Shown here piece by piece: positions 1 through 9,605 of a stretch of DNA of 64,000 nucleotides. The first letter of the stretch is position 1. Each line of letters starts with the position of its first letter. This DNA is from a virus (taxonomy: Duplodnaviria; Caudoviricetes): positions 11,029 through 75,028 of the IMG/VR virus record IMGVR_UViG_2706795432_000001. One strand, 5' to 3'. The position numbers and the translations under genes were made by a program. The notes beneath the pieces were generated by a model. It did not search any database, had not been told where the DNA came from, and was given only the letters and a program-made list of their open reading frames with translations.

Positions 1-1
1 G

Positions 2-865
2 TCCTTTAGTGGAGGGATTTCAGGAGATGCCTACGGATCGGTTGCTACTGGTATTCGCGGTGCTCTCGACAGTGCTGCTACTCGGGAAATGAGCATTCTT
101 CGTCGTCTTGCAAAAGGTATGCAGGATATTGGTACGAAGATTATCGCAATGAACGCCAAGTTCTTGAGTGACAAGGAGATCATCCGAGTCACCAATGAAC
201 AGTTTGTTGAGGTTTCCCGTGCTGAACTGGAAGGCAACTTCGATCTGAAAGTCGATATCTCGACTGCTTCTGTTGATGAACAGAAAGCCAATGATCTTGG
301 TATGGTTCTTCAGACTGTTGGTCCTGATATGGATCCAAACCTGCGGAAGATTGTCCTTGGCAAGATCGCAGATCTCAAGCGTATGCCTGATCTGGCTGAA
401 CAAATCCGTGCCTATGAGCCTCAACCTGATCCTCTGCAAATTGCTCTGCAAGAAGCAGAACTTCAGAAAGCTCAGACCGAGATTGAACTCAATCAGGCTC
501 GTGCAGAAGAAGCTCGTGCTCGTGCTGCTAAACTTCTGGAAGAAGTTGATGAGGCTATGTCTGGTCTCAAGCATGAACGTGAAGTTGAGAAGATGGGTGC
601 TCAAGCTGCTGGAAACCGTGCTACGGAAATCACTAAGGCACTGTTGGCTGGAGAAACTCCTGCTCAAAACATCGAAGCTGCTGTTGGATTCAACAAGATC
701 AAAGAGATGGAAGACGAACGGGATACCGCTGCTCCTCGTGGACGTGGTGGCCCAAGTGGTGCTCCTGCTCTTGGTTCTGGTTTCTCAGATCCTTCGATGG
801 TTCCTCCTCAACTTAATCAACAGGGTGGACAACCGCTTCCAATTGGTCCATTGAGCACTCAGTAA
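2..865 (+). CDS. Portal protein, C-terminal part (N4 gp59-like), 5' truncated by window edge
   Basis: Frame is open from position 2 (SFSGGISGDAYGSVATGIRGALDSAATREMSILRRLA), which resembles N4-like portals; coiled-coil C-terminus; upstream of the capsid gene. Confidence 0.85.
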   Translation, partial: SFSGGISGDAYGSVATGIRGALDSAATREMSILRRLAKGMQDIGTKIIAMNAKFLSDKEIIRVTNEQFVEVSRAELEGNFDLKVDISTASVDEQKANDLGMVLQTVGPDMDPNLRKIVLGKIADLKRMPDLAEQIRAYEPQPDPLQIALQEAELQKAQTEIELNQARAEEARARAAKLLEEVDEAMSGLKHEREVEKMGAQAAGNRATEITKALLAGETPAQNIEAAVGFNKIKEMEDERDTAAPRGRGGPSGAPALGSGFSDPSMVPPQLNQQGGQPLPIGPLSTQ

Positions 866-873
866 GACTGAAG

Positions 874-894
874 GAACCCTGAAAGGCAGGGTTC
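874..894. other. Intergenic stem-loop after portal
   Basis: GAACCCTG-AAAGG-CAGGGTTC, no long U tract. Confidence 0.5.
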
Positions 895-918
895 TAGTCA
901 ATTGCTGAGAGGTGTCCA

Positions 919-1302
919 ATGGACCTGTACAATGCGTCTCTGGGTGAAGAAGAACCCGAAACCATCGAACTGACCCATGAACAGTATGAGGAAGCCAAAG
1001 CTCACTTTGCCGATATCATCGCCAAAGGTGAAGCTGCTCGTCGTCTCGCTGAGAACGATGACTTCAAACTGCTGATTATGCAGGGCTATTTCGTCGATGA
1101 ACCTAGCCGAATGGCTGAACTCCTGTCCTCTGGTCGTTTGAATGACAAGGTGGCAGATGACTGCACTGAGTCGATCAAAGCAGTTGGCAAATTCCGGAAC
1201 TATATGAAGAACATCGTTGAGCAATCGAACATGGCTCAAGATGAACTCAAAGGTCTGGAAGAAGCCCGAGATCTCGCAATCAAGGAAGCAGCCGGGGAAT
1301 AA
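919..1302 (+). CDS. N4 gp58-like head-module protein
   Basis: GAGAGG RBS upstream; helical 127 aa; synteny between portal and gp57-like. Confidence 0.7.
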   Translation: MDLYNASLGEEEPETIELTHEQYEEAKAHFADIIAKGEAARRLAENDDFKLLIMQGYFVDEPSRMAELLSSGRLNDKVADDCTESIKAVGKFRNYMKNIVEQSNMAQDELKGLEEARDLAIKEAAGE

Positions 1303-1314
1303 CCCCGGCTTTTC
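1290..1314 (+). terminator. Rho-independent terminator-like hairpin
   Basis: AGCCGGGG-AATAA-CCCCGGCT-TTT over the stop codon. Confidence 0.6.
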
Positions 1315-1348
1315 CGCATTTCCCTAAGCCCAATGATGGAGAATAATC

Positions 1349-2701
1349 ATGGCTAACGAACCCAAAGAAATCGACTTCGACAACATGAGTGATGAAGACT
1401 TCCTGAAGTTGGATGAGGAACAGTTTTCGGGAAACGTCCCCGAAGGTGAAACAACTCTGTCCAACAATGAGGAAGAAGATGACTCAATCCAAACGTCGAA
1501 CGAAGAACCTGATCTCGAAGACACTCCAGATCCTGACGCATCTACTGACGGTGGTGAGTCTGACGATGCCGGGGGTGACACTGATTCCGACCCCGATCTC
1601 GAAGACCCGAATGCCGAAGAAGAAGATCCGGAAGAAGACAAGTCATCTGACCCCATGGCCGGGGAAGGAAGTGAAACGGGTGAGGAACCATCGTCCGGTG
1701 AGCAACCCAAAGCAGACTCCCAAGAAGAAGGGAAGACTGCCTCCGAAGACGATGGAGTGAAACCCAAGGCTGGCAAAGGAGAAACTCCTGCCAAAGCTGG
1801 GTATTACAAACTCCCTGATGGCATGGACACTGCTCAGGTGGATGAAGCCCTTGGTTTCTTCCAGAAGATTACCACTCCGTTCAAAGCGGATGGGAAAGAC
1901 TTCACTGTGCGTTCTCCTGAAGATGCAATTCGGTTGATGCAACAAGGCGTGAATTATTCTCGCCGGATGCAGGAAATCAAACCGATGAAAGCTCTGAATC
2001 GGATGCTTACAGACCAAGGTTTGAATGATCCGAACAAGCTGAACTTCCTGATCGACCTGTCAAAAGGTGACAAAGGGGCAATTACACAGTTGCTAAAAAG
2101 TCACAATATTGACCCGATGGATCTTGATACGGAAAAAGATTCGGGTTATCAGGCCAATAACTACCAAGGCGACCCACAGGACAATGAGTTCCGGGATGCG
2201 TTGGATATGGCACTAACTTCGCCGGAAGGCCAAGCTCTGGTAACTCATATTCACCGTGACTGGGACAAAGCGTCAAAAGCTAAACTTCGGGAGAATCCGG
2301 GAATTATCGGCAATCTCCAAGAGTTGAAGCGAAATGGTGTCTACGACAAGGTGGTATCGGAGTTGGAATATCAAAAGAGTATGGGCTACCTGCTCAATGT
2401 TCCGTTCCTTCAGGCTTTTGACCAAGTTGGTGAAGCCATGAAGAATGCGGGTGTGTTCCAAAGTGCTCCACAAAATCCCGGTCAAGGAAGTTCTATGGCT
2501 CCGTTGCAGACGACGGGCCAACCCCAGAGCCAACCTGTTGCATCGGGAGGACGGAAGCCCAAGGCGCAGTCGAAGCCTACGGCCAATCCACATCTTTCTT
2601 CGACACCTCCATCGAAGCAGTCTGCTTCGGCTCCGGCCAAAGAGATTGATTTCGACAAAATGTCGGATGAGGAATTCGCCAAACTGGCTCCTCCCGAGTG
2701 A
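1349..2701 (+). CDS. N4 gp57-like protein (probable scaffold)
   Basis: Very acidic N-terminal third, conserved-looking core (FKADGKDFTVRSPEDAIRLMQQGVNY), directly upstream of the major capsid gene. Confidence 0.7.
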   Translation: MANEPKEIDFDNMSDEDFLKLDEEQFSGNVPEGETTLSNNEEEDDSIQTSNEEPDLEDTPDPDASTDGGESDDAGGDTDSDPDLEDPNAEEEDPEEDKSSDPMAGEGSETGEEPSSGEQPKADSQEEGKTASEDDGVKPKAGKGETPAKAGYYKLPDGMDTAQVDEALGFFQKITTPFKADGKDFTVRSPEDAIRLMQQGVNYSRRMQEIKPMKALNRMLTDQGLNDPNKLNFLIDLSKGDKGAITQLLKSHNIDPMDLDTEKDSGYQANNYQGDPQDNEFRDALDMALTSPEGQALVTHIHRDWDKASKAKLRENPGIIGNLQELKRNGVYDKVVSELEYQKSMGYLLNVPFLQAFDQVGEAMKNAGVFQSAPQNPGQGSSMAPLQTTGQPQSQPVASGGRKPKAQSKPTANPHLSSTPPSKQSASAPAKEIDFDKMSDEEFAKLAPPE

Positions 2702-2730
2702 AATCGCTGAGACACTGAAAGGAAAACACC

Positions 2731-4176
2731 ATGGCTCAGATTTACAACGCACCGAAAGTCGGTGTTGATGGCTCGCCGCAATCTTCGGTTGGCCCCCAGT
2801 TCAACACCCATTACTGGGACCGCAAGTCCCTGATGGATGCTGCCGAAGAGATGTATTTCTCTCCGCTGGCTGACGCAAAATCCATGCCGAAACACTTCGG
2901 TAAGGAACTGAAGGTCTTCTACTACGTTCCGCTTCTGGACGAACTGAACGTCAACGACCAAGGTATCGACGCCAATGGTGTTGCCCGTGTTCCGGGTACT
3001 TTCACCGTGACGTTCCCTGCCGTTGTGGAAGTCCTCGATGCAGGTGCTGCTGCCGCAGTGACTGCGATCAACGACAACGTGAACTCGGCCACGGGTACTG
3101 CTGAAGTTGTTGCTGCCGCTGGTGGTGACGGTCCTTCGGGTGCTACCCACACGCTGATCACCCTGACTGACAACGTGGTTCACTATGCCAACGAAGCCGA
3201 TGCAGATGCAGCTATCGCTGCTGCTGGTGCTGGTGTGAAGCAAGAGAACGTCGGTGCTCTGTACGGTGGTTCGCGTGACGTTGGTACGATTCTTGGCAAG
3301 ATGCCGACCCTGACCGAGAACGGTGGCCGCGTGAACCGCGTTGGCTTTACCCGTCTGGAACGGAAAGGCGAAATCCAAGAACATGGCTTCTTCATGGAAT
3401 GGACCGAAGATTCTCTGATGTTCGATACGGACTCGGAACTCTACGGCCACCTGTCCCGTGAGATGCTGCGTGGTGCCAACGAGATCTACGAAGATCTGCT
3501 TCAGGCCGACCTGCTGAACGCTGCTGACGTGAAGATCTATCCGGGTGTGGCGACTTCGCTGCGTAAAATCTCGGGTGAATCTGGCTCGGTGACTGCACTG
3601 GATGTCGGTGATCTGAAGCGTTTGTCGGTGATCCTTGATGACAACCGCACGCCCAAGAAGACCACGATCATCAAAGGTAGCCGCATGACGGATACCCGTG
3701 TGATCTCGGCTTCGCGTATCGCTTACATCGGTTCCGAACTCCAGATCATGATCAGTGACTGGAATGACTTCGTACCCGTTGAACAGTATGCAGATGCTGC
3801 GACTCTGATGAATGGCGAGATCGGTGCAATTCCGACTGCTCATCTTCGGATCATCGTGGTTCCGCAGATGATGCGCTGGCAGGGTGTGGGTGCTGACGAA
3901 GGCACCAATGGTGGTTATCAGGCAACTGGTGGTCGTTACGACGTGGCTCCGCTGCTTGTCATCGGTAACGAAGCGTTCGCAACCATTGGTCTTCAGGGCA
4001 TGACCGGAAAAGGCAAAGCCAAATTCCGTATCATCGTCAAGAAGCCGGGTGAAAAGACCGCTGACCGGACTGACCCCTACGGCAAGATCGGGTTCTCCTC
4101 GATCAAGTTCTTCTACGGCTTCATCAAGCTCCGTGGTGAACGTATGGCCGTGGCCTACAGCCCGATCCCTGAGTAA
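2731..4176 (+). CDS. Major capsid protein (N4 gp56-like)
   Basis: MPKHFGKELKVFYYVPLLD, PTLTENGGRVNRVGFTR and DPYGKIGFSSIKFFYG are typical N4-like capsid motifs; AGGA RBS; strong codon bias. Confidence 0.93.
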   Translation: MAQIYNAPKVGVDGSPQSSVGPQFNTHYWDRKSLMDAAEEMYFSPLADAKSMPKHFGKELKVFYYVPLLDELNVNDQGIDANGVARVPGTFTVTFPAVVEVLDAGAAAAVTAINDNVNSATGTAEVVAAAGGDGPSGATHTLITLTDNVVHYANEADADAAIAAAGAGVKQENVGALYGGSRDVGTILGKMPTLTENGGRVNRVGFTRLERKGEIQEHGFFMEWTEDSLMFDTDSELYGHLSREMLRGANEIYEDLLQADLLNAADVKIYPGVATSLRKISGESGSVTALDVGDLKRLSVILDDNRTPKKTTIIKGSRMTDTRVISASRIAYIGSELQIMISDWNDFVPVEQYADAATLMNGEIGAIPTAHLRIIVVPQMMRWQGVGADEGTNGGYQATGGRYDVAPLLVIGNEAFATIGLQGMTGKGKAKFRIIVKKPGEKTADRTDPYGKIGFSSIKFFYGFIKLRGERMAVAYSPIPE

Positions 4177-4198
4177 TCTCAGGCTCATAAGACAGATT

Positions 4199-4221
4199 GA
4201 GGCTCCTTCGGGAGCCTCTTT
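4199..4221 (+). terminator. Terminator after major capsid gene
   Basis: GAGGCTCC-TTCG-GGAGCCTC-TTT (UUCG loop). Confidence 0.85.
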
Positions 4222-4224
4222 CAT

Positions 4225-4253
4225 TTGCACCAGTCTTTAGGCTGTGTTAAGCG
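4225..4253 (+). promoter_or_regulatory. Possible host sigma70-type late promoter
   Basis: TTGCAC-17 bp-TAAGCG with TG two bases upstream of the -10; just after the terminator and before gp55-like. Confidence 0.3.
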
Positions 4254-4287
4254 ACCATCACCATGGTAACTCAAAAGGAAAAACCCA

Positions 4288-5010
4288 ATGGATGATATCT
4301 CCAACAAAACCCCGGCTGAACTTCTGGAAATCGTCGAGAACACTGATGACAAAGAAGTGCTCCGGTTCATTGCCAATGAGATGGAAGTCTCATTCTCTGG
4401 CAACACTGGTGTCGGTACTCTGAAAGAGAAACTGATCCCTGTTCTGGAAGCCAAGGCAAATCCGGAACCTGAAGTGGACAAGGATGACCCCATCATGCAA
4501 GCACTGGCGAACAAACCTGTCGAAGAACCTGTGAAGACTGAACCAAAGAAGGTTCTGAATCTTCCTCGCACTGCACAAGCATTGCTGAATCCCAACACTC
4601 CCGGTCTTTCTGAAGTCGAGAAACGTGCCATCGTTCGTGCGAAGGCAATGCGTCTCCATCGGGTGCGTGTTCACAATCTCGATCCGAATGACTCGGCTCT
4701 GCCGGGTGCCATCAAGACCGTCTACAACAAGTACACGGGCAAGGTGTCGAAATACATTCCCTTCGGTGAAGAGAATGAACTGGGCTGGCACATTCCTGAA
4801 ATTCTGCTGAACTCTCTCCGTGAGGAGAAGTACACCATGCGGAAGGAAGTGAAACAGCGTGGTCAGGTTTCGAGTTTCGGTGTAAAACAGTACAAGACTG
4901 TTCTGATGCCCAAATTCAACATCGAGATCCTGCCTCCGATGACGAAGGAAGAGATCGCTGGTTTGGCTCAGGACCAGAAAGCTCGTGGTGCAATCGACAC
5001 TCACGATTAA
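4288..5010 (+). CDS. N4 gp55-like protein
   Basis: AAGGA RBS; C-terminal PPMTKEEIAGLAQDQKARGAID; synteny. Confidence 0.75.
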   Translation: MDDISNKTPAELLEIVENTDDKEVLRFIANEMEVSFSGNTGVGTLKEKLIPVLEAKANPEPEVDKDDPIMQALANKPVEEPVKTEPKKVLNLPRTAQALLNPNTPGLSEVEKRAIVRAKAMRLHRVRVHNLDPNDSALPGAIKTVYNKYTGKVSKYIPFGEENELGWHIPEILLNSLREEKYTMRKEVKQRGQVSSFGVKQYKTVLMPKFNIEILPPMTKEEIAGLAQDQKARGAIDTHD

Positions 5011-5048
5011 TCGGTCTATATCGGACTGAACTGCCATAGGAGAAGATC

Positions 5049-6401
5049 ATGAGCAACGAATTCGAAAACCAAGACAATTCGTCTACGCTGGCGAATGATC
5101 TTTTCACAGCATTGACGACGGGGGTAACTATTCCCCCGTCGCCTGACTTTTCTGATCCAAAGTACGACTTCACTCCAGATACCGCCTCTGATCTTTATCA
5201 AGATGTGGTTGGAGCAACTATTGCTGAAGTGACAGCAGGTAAAAACACTCTCGAAGGAACAGGTGCATTCGATGTGTTCATGATTGCCATGGACAAACAC
5301 CTTGAGCGTGAGTTCAAAGGGAATCGAATCACTGGTTCACAGTATGCAGAGGTCTATACGGCTGTGGCCAATCAGGTGATGGGACAGGCAGTCTCCTTCA
5401 CCCTCCAGAAAGACCAAGCTCGCTGGCAAGCCATTACCGCACAGATGCAAGCCCGTATCGCTGAAATTCAGGCTACTGAAGCTCTCATTCGTCTTGAACA
5501 GACGAAGATTGAAGCTGCGAATGCGAACTTCCAACTGAACCTGACTGCTGCTCAGTATGCTCTGACGAAGATGCAGATTGCGACTGAAGAAGCACAGCAT
5601 GACAGTGTGACTGCTGATGTTGCCATCAAGCAATTCCAGCGGAACTATCAACAGCCTGCTGATCTGGCTATCACGCATTACGAACGTACTGCTGTGATGC
5701 CTTCCACTGTGGCTATGAATGAGTTCCAGACTGACCGGATCCTTCCGGCACAGGCAGCCATTGCTGAATACCAGAACCGTGTTCTTCAGCCTCTGGAAGC
5801 TGATATTCAGACGCTGCAACGTGATCGTATCATCCCAACTCAGGCTGATATCGAAGACTTCAAGCGTGACTCCATGCAGCCTGTGGAACTGGCACAGCAA
5901 CAGCACATCCTGAACCAACGGATGCCTCAAGAGACCGCCCTCATCAAAGAGCAGGTGGAAACTCAGCGTGCCAATACTCTGGAAACCCGGACTGATGGTT
6001 TGACCCCGGTACAAGGTGTCATTGCTCTTCAGAAACGGAACCTCATCGCTGATGCAGACATCAAGGACTACAACCTTGCCAATACTCTGCCTCGTCAGGT
6101 GGATCTGTTGGGTGAGCAGATCACCCTCACCACTGAACAAGGTGAAGCAGAACGTGCCAAAACTCTGGACACTCGTGCAGATGGTGCAACTGTTGAAGGT
6201 TCTGTTGGGAAACAGAAAGATCTGTACGATCAGCAGATCGACTCCTTCATCAAGGATGCTCAACACAAGACGGCCAAGATGTTCTTGGATTCGTGGATCA
6301 CCCGGAAAACTCTGGATATCGGTGTTCCGGTTCCTGCTGAGTTTTCTGAGACAACTGTTTCCAACGTGTTCAATAACGTCCGGACAAACAACAATATCTA
6401 A
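5049..6401 (+). CDS. N4 gp54-like tail structural protein
   Basis: GTGAFDVFM and C-terminal GSVGKQKDLYDQQIDSF motifs; helical with 15-aa repeats; synteny. Confidence 0.75.
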   Translation: MSNEFENQDNSSTLANDLFTALTTGVTIPPSPDFSDPKYDFTPDTASDLYQDVVGATIAEVTAGKNTLEGTGAFDVFMIAMDKHLEREFKGNRITGSQYAEVYTAVANQVMGQAVSFTLQKDQARWQAITAQMQARIAEIQATEALIRLEQTKIEAANANFQLNLTAAQYALTKMQIATEEAQHDSVTADVAIKQFQRNYQQPADLAITHYERTAVMPSTVAMNEFQTDRILPAQAAIAEYQNRVLQPLEADIQTLQRDRIIPTQADIEDFKRDSMQPVELAQQQHILNQRMPQETALIKEQVETQRANTLETRTDGLTPVQGVIALQKRNLIADADIKDYNLANTLPRQVDLLGEQITLTTEQGEAERAKTLDTRADGATVEGSVGKQKDLYDQQIDSFIKDAQHKTAKMFLDSWITRKTLDIGVPVPAEFSETTVSNVFNNVRTNNNI

Positions 6402-6413
6402 GGAGACTTCCAC

Positions 6414-9149
6414 ATGGGTCTGTTCTCCTCAAAGAAAATCATCACCGTCTCCAGCACATTGTACAATATGGCTGGGGACGAAGATGATCGTCCAGACTTT
6501 CTGAAAGGTACGCTCTTTGGAGCGGTTATGGCCAATGCTCCGTCATTGGCTGATGACTTGACTGGTGCCTATTTCAATGGTCCGGGACAGAAACAGCTTC
6601 AATTCTTTCGATACTGTCAGCAGTTGGATTACTCCATCATGCCAACAGCTTCGATTACCAATTCCAGTGTATTGGATGCTTCTGTGGTTGGGGCTGAGAT
6701 TCCTCTGACGAGTGTCCCTCCTGCTCCTGCTGGTTTACAGATCTCTGCTTACCAATCTGCTATTGCAGATGGGGATTTTCAGATGTGGTTGGAGAAATGG
6801 ATTCTCCTGAACCATTCTGATCGAATTGGTGAAGACTGGTTGGGTGAGTATGATCCTCCGACCAATACCTTCTCTGTGGAATTTCCGAACAATGACTTCT
6901 TCTCTTGGCTCAATGATGGGACGTATGGCCCTATCTATGATCCCAACAAACGATATGTCGTGTCCAAGTACATCGAATACTCGGACAGTAGTGAAGGAGA
7001 CTTGGTTGAAGGAACCCCAACAACAGGAGTGACCTCACTTCCTGATGTGACTGGATGGGATCAACTCTCAGCAACCTCGACATTCACCAATGTCACTCTG
7101 ATCCGAAACCGAACCACCACTTTGAGCTATAACAATGGTGATCCTGATGTGGTGGTTGAGAACAATGTATCTGCGAATGTGTCTGATACTCTCAGCACTG
7201 CTGAAGAGGTGTACCAACGTGAGATTGTCATCTCTCAGAATGGTATCGAGATGCAGGGTGAACGTCAGATCTGGAACTTCACAGCTACTGATGCAGTCGT
7301 TGGTGGATACACCGATACGGTTGTGACGACGACAGATCTGGGTGGAGGTGTGATTGAAACTCGAACCGAAGTAACTACTGGGGAGCAAGTCCTTGAACAG
7401 TGGACCACTCGGTATGATACTCAAGATCTGTTCATTGGGGAGCAATATGGGCCAGAACAGGTCTTCATCTATGAGATCGGAACTGGCAATGCGACTCTCG
7501 ATGCCTTGGTTTCAGATGTGGATGCTTCTGGTTTTCAAGAGTTTTTTCCATTTGTTCCAGTCCGGATTAACAACCAGTCGATTGATGAACCTCAGTTTTC
7601 TGATCTGAAAGCAGAGAATGATGCGATCTATCGTCGAGCATTTCCGGGAAAACGATTTGATACGTTGGTTGAGACGGTAGAGGATAATCCTTCTATCGAC
7701 GATATCGACTATGCTTATCTCTGCTGGGGTACTTCTCTGAATGCGAAAGACAACGCAGCCAAGATGTACACCTATGACTTCTTTAAGAAGATGATTCCAT
7801 TTCAGTCTGGTGGTTCAGGAAGTGCCATGACTCAATTGGCAGCCGATGTGGCTGCGTATGAAGCTGCTCTGGCAGCCCTTGCGGCATGGGAAGCTCAATA
7901 TGCTAATCAGGAAGGGAACGCATGGAATACTATCCCTCCTCGTCCTGAAGTGCCTTCTGCTCCGCCAGAACCACCAACCAACACCATCAAACTCAAAGAT
8001 GGGTCGATTGGTATCGACTATCGTTTGACATGGGTTCATGTGGAAGAAGAACAGTTCACTGGAACATTCGAAATGCTTCCAGCTTTTGGTGAACAGCCTG
8101 CGATTGAATCTAAAATCAAAGACTGTAAACTCGAAGTTGGTCCAGATTTCACGTACCAAACTCGTGACACTTACAACACTCGTGATGGTGAAGAAGTTCG
8201 TATGATTACGAACACTATCCCGTCGATGTATATCTATCGTCAGATTGATGAAAACACCTACCGTCGTTTGCAGATCTGGGGACTCATTTCCCGGAACTAC
8301 ATCTATGGCGGGAAGTCCGTTAATATTACTTCGACAGAGGCTCTGAATGATGATGAGGAATCTGGTTTCTTGGTTCCTCTCCATTATCCAACCATGTACG
8401 AAATGAATATCATCGACTACACGCAGCTTTGTACTGCGAACTCACATATCCTGTTCAACTCATATGAGATCACAAAACAGAAGTGGTATCAGCGAGGGAT
8501 CTTCAAGATCCTTCTGGTCATTGCAATCATCATCATCGCTGTTGTGGTATTCCCCGGTGCATTTGCCGGGGGAGCCGGGGTTCTGGGAGGGAACCTTGCC
8601 GTTGGCACTGCTCTGGGCCTTACAGGCACGGCTGCCTTGGTTGCAGGGGTCGTTGCCAACTACATCGCATCCATCATCATTGCAGAAGTTCTGAAGATCG
8701 TTGGGACCGAACTCTTTGGTGAGAAATGGGGTGCTCTGTTTGCTGCTCTGGCAGGTTTTGCCCTTGGTATGGCAATCTCTGGAACGAGTCTCTTCAGTGC
8801 TGAAGGTCTTCTTGGTTTGGGGAATGCTCTTGCCAATGGTTATGCTGGCTGGGTTCAGGGTGATATTGCAGAAATGCAAGCTGACCTTGAAGATGATCGG
8901 AATACCTATGAGGAACGGATGGAATACATCCAAGATCTCATTGACGGGCTGGATGGAGAAAGTAATTTGAATTTCAACCCAATGTTCCTTACAAGGAGCA
9001 ATGAACGTGGCAATTCTCGTGGATATCTCCCGGAAACCCTAGATCAATACATCCGTCGAACAACCATGACTGGATCTGAGATCGTAGAACTCACACATGA
9101 CATGGTGTATGAGTACACAACAATCGCAAGATCCCTGCCGAGGAATTGA
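6414..9149 (+). CDS. N4 gp53-like virion protein
   Basis: MGLFSSKKIITVSSTLYNMAG start; hydrophobic Gly/Ala-rich C-terminal segment; synteny. Confidence 0.75.
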   Translation: MGLFSSKKIITVSSTLYNMAGDEDDRPDFLKGTLFGAVMANAPSLADDLTGAYFNGPGQKQLQFFRYCQQLDYSIMPTASITNSSVLDASVVGAEIPLTSVPPAPAGLQISAYQSAIADGDFQMWLEKWILLNHSDRIGEDWLGEYDPPTNTFSVEFPNNDFFSWLNDGTYGPIYDPNKRYVVSKYIEYSDSSEGDLVEGTPTTGVTSLPDVTGWDQLSATSTFTNVTLIRNRTTTLSYNNGDPDVVVENNVSANVSDTLSTAEEVYQREIVISQNGIEMQGERQIWNFTATDAVVGGYTDTVVTTTDLGGGVIETRTEVTTGEQVLEQWTTRYDTQDLFIGEQYGPEQVFIYEIGTGNATLDALVSDVDASGFQEFFPFVPVRINNQSIDEPQFSDLKAENDAIYRRAFPGKRFDTLVETVEDNPSIDDIDYAYLCWGTSLNAKDNAAKMYTYDFFKKMIPFQSGGSGSAMTQLAADVAAYEAALAALAAWEAQYANQEGNAWNTIPPRPEVPSAPPEPPTNTIKLKDGSIGIDYRLTWVHVEEEQFTGTFEMLPAFGEQPAIESKIKDCKLEVGPDFTYQTRDTYNTRDGEEVRMITNTIPSMYIYRQIDENTYRRLQIWGLISRNYIYGGKSVNITSTEALNDDEESGFLVPLHYPTMYEMNIIDYTQLCTANSHILFNSYEITKQKWYQRGIFKILLVIAIIIIAVVVFPGAFAGGAGVLGGNLAVGTALGLTGTAALVAGVVANYIASIIIAEVLKIVGTELFGEKWGALFAALAGFALGMAISGTSLFSAEGLLGLGNALANGYAGWVQGDIAEMQADLEDDRNTYEERMEYIQDLIDGLDGESNLNFNPMFLTRSNERGNSRGYLPETLDQYIRRTTMTGSEIVELTHDMVYEYTTIARSLPRN

Positions 9150-9595
9150 CCATGCAGTTTAACAACTACAATTCTGCCACCACCAATGGCTCTCAACTCT
9201 CGAATACCCAGATGGGGATGAACCAAGTCCAAGTCGGTGCTCCAACTGGGAATGTTGGTACTCCGGGTGTGACTGATGTCACTGTGGCTTCTCCAACCAC
9301 TCCTCAAGTGGGAAACACTGGAGCACAACAAGGCTCTGGTTTCTGGTCCAAAGATGGTGGTGCTGGTCTGATCCTTGGTGGAGTTCAGGTTCTGGGGAAT
9401 CTCTGGTCTTCGTATCAGGCACACAAGATGGCCAAAGAACAGATGGCTTTTGCTCGTGAGCAATGGGATACGAACCTTGCGAACCAGACACAGACCTACA
9501 ACACCGCTCTGGAAGATCGAATCCGTGGTCGTTATGCGACTGGTACTCGTAGCGAAGAACAGCTTCAGGGCGAAATCGACCAACACAGCCTGTAA
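9146..9595 (+). CDS. N4 gp52-like small virion (ejection) protein
   Basis: 149 aa, Q/N/G rich with a hydrophobic helix; ATGA overlap with upstream gene; synteny. Confidence 0.7.
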   Translation: MTMQFNNYNSATTNGSQLSNTQMGMNQVQVGAPTGNVGTPGVTDVTVASPTTPQVGNTGAQQGSGFWSKDGGAGLILGGVQVLGNLWSSYQAHKMAKEQMAFAREQWDTNLANQTQTYNTALEDRIRGRYATGTRSEEQLQGEIDQHSL

Positions 9596-9605
9596 GGAAT
9601 GAACC

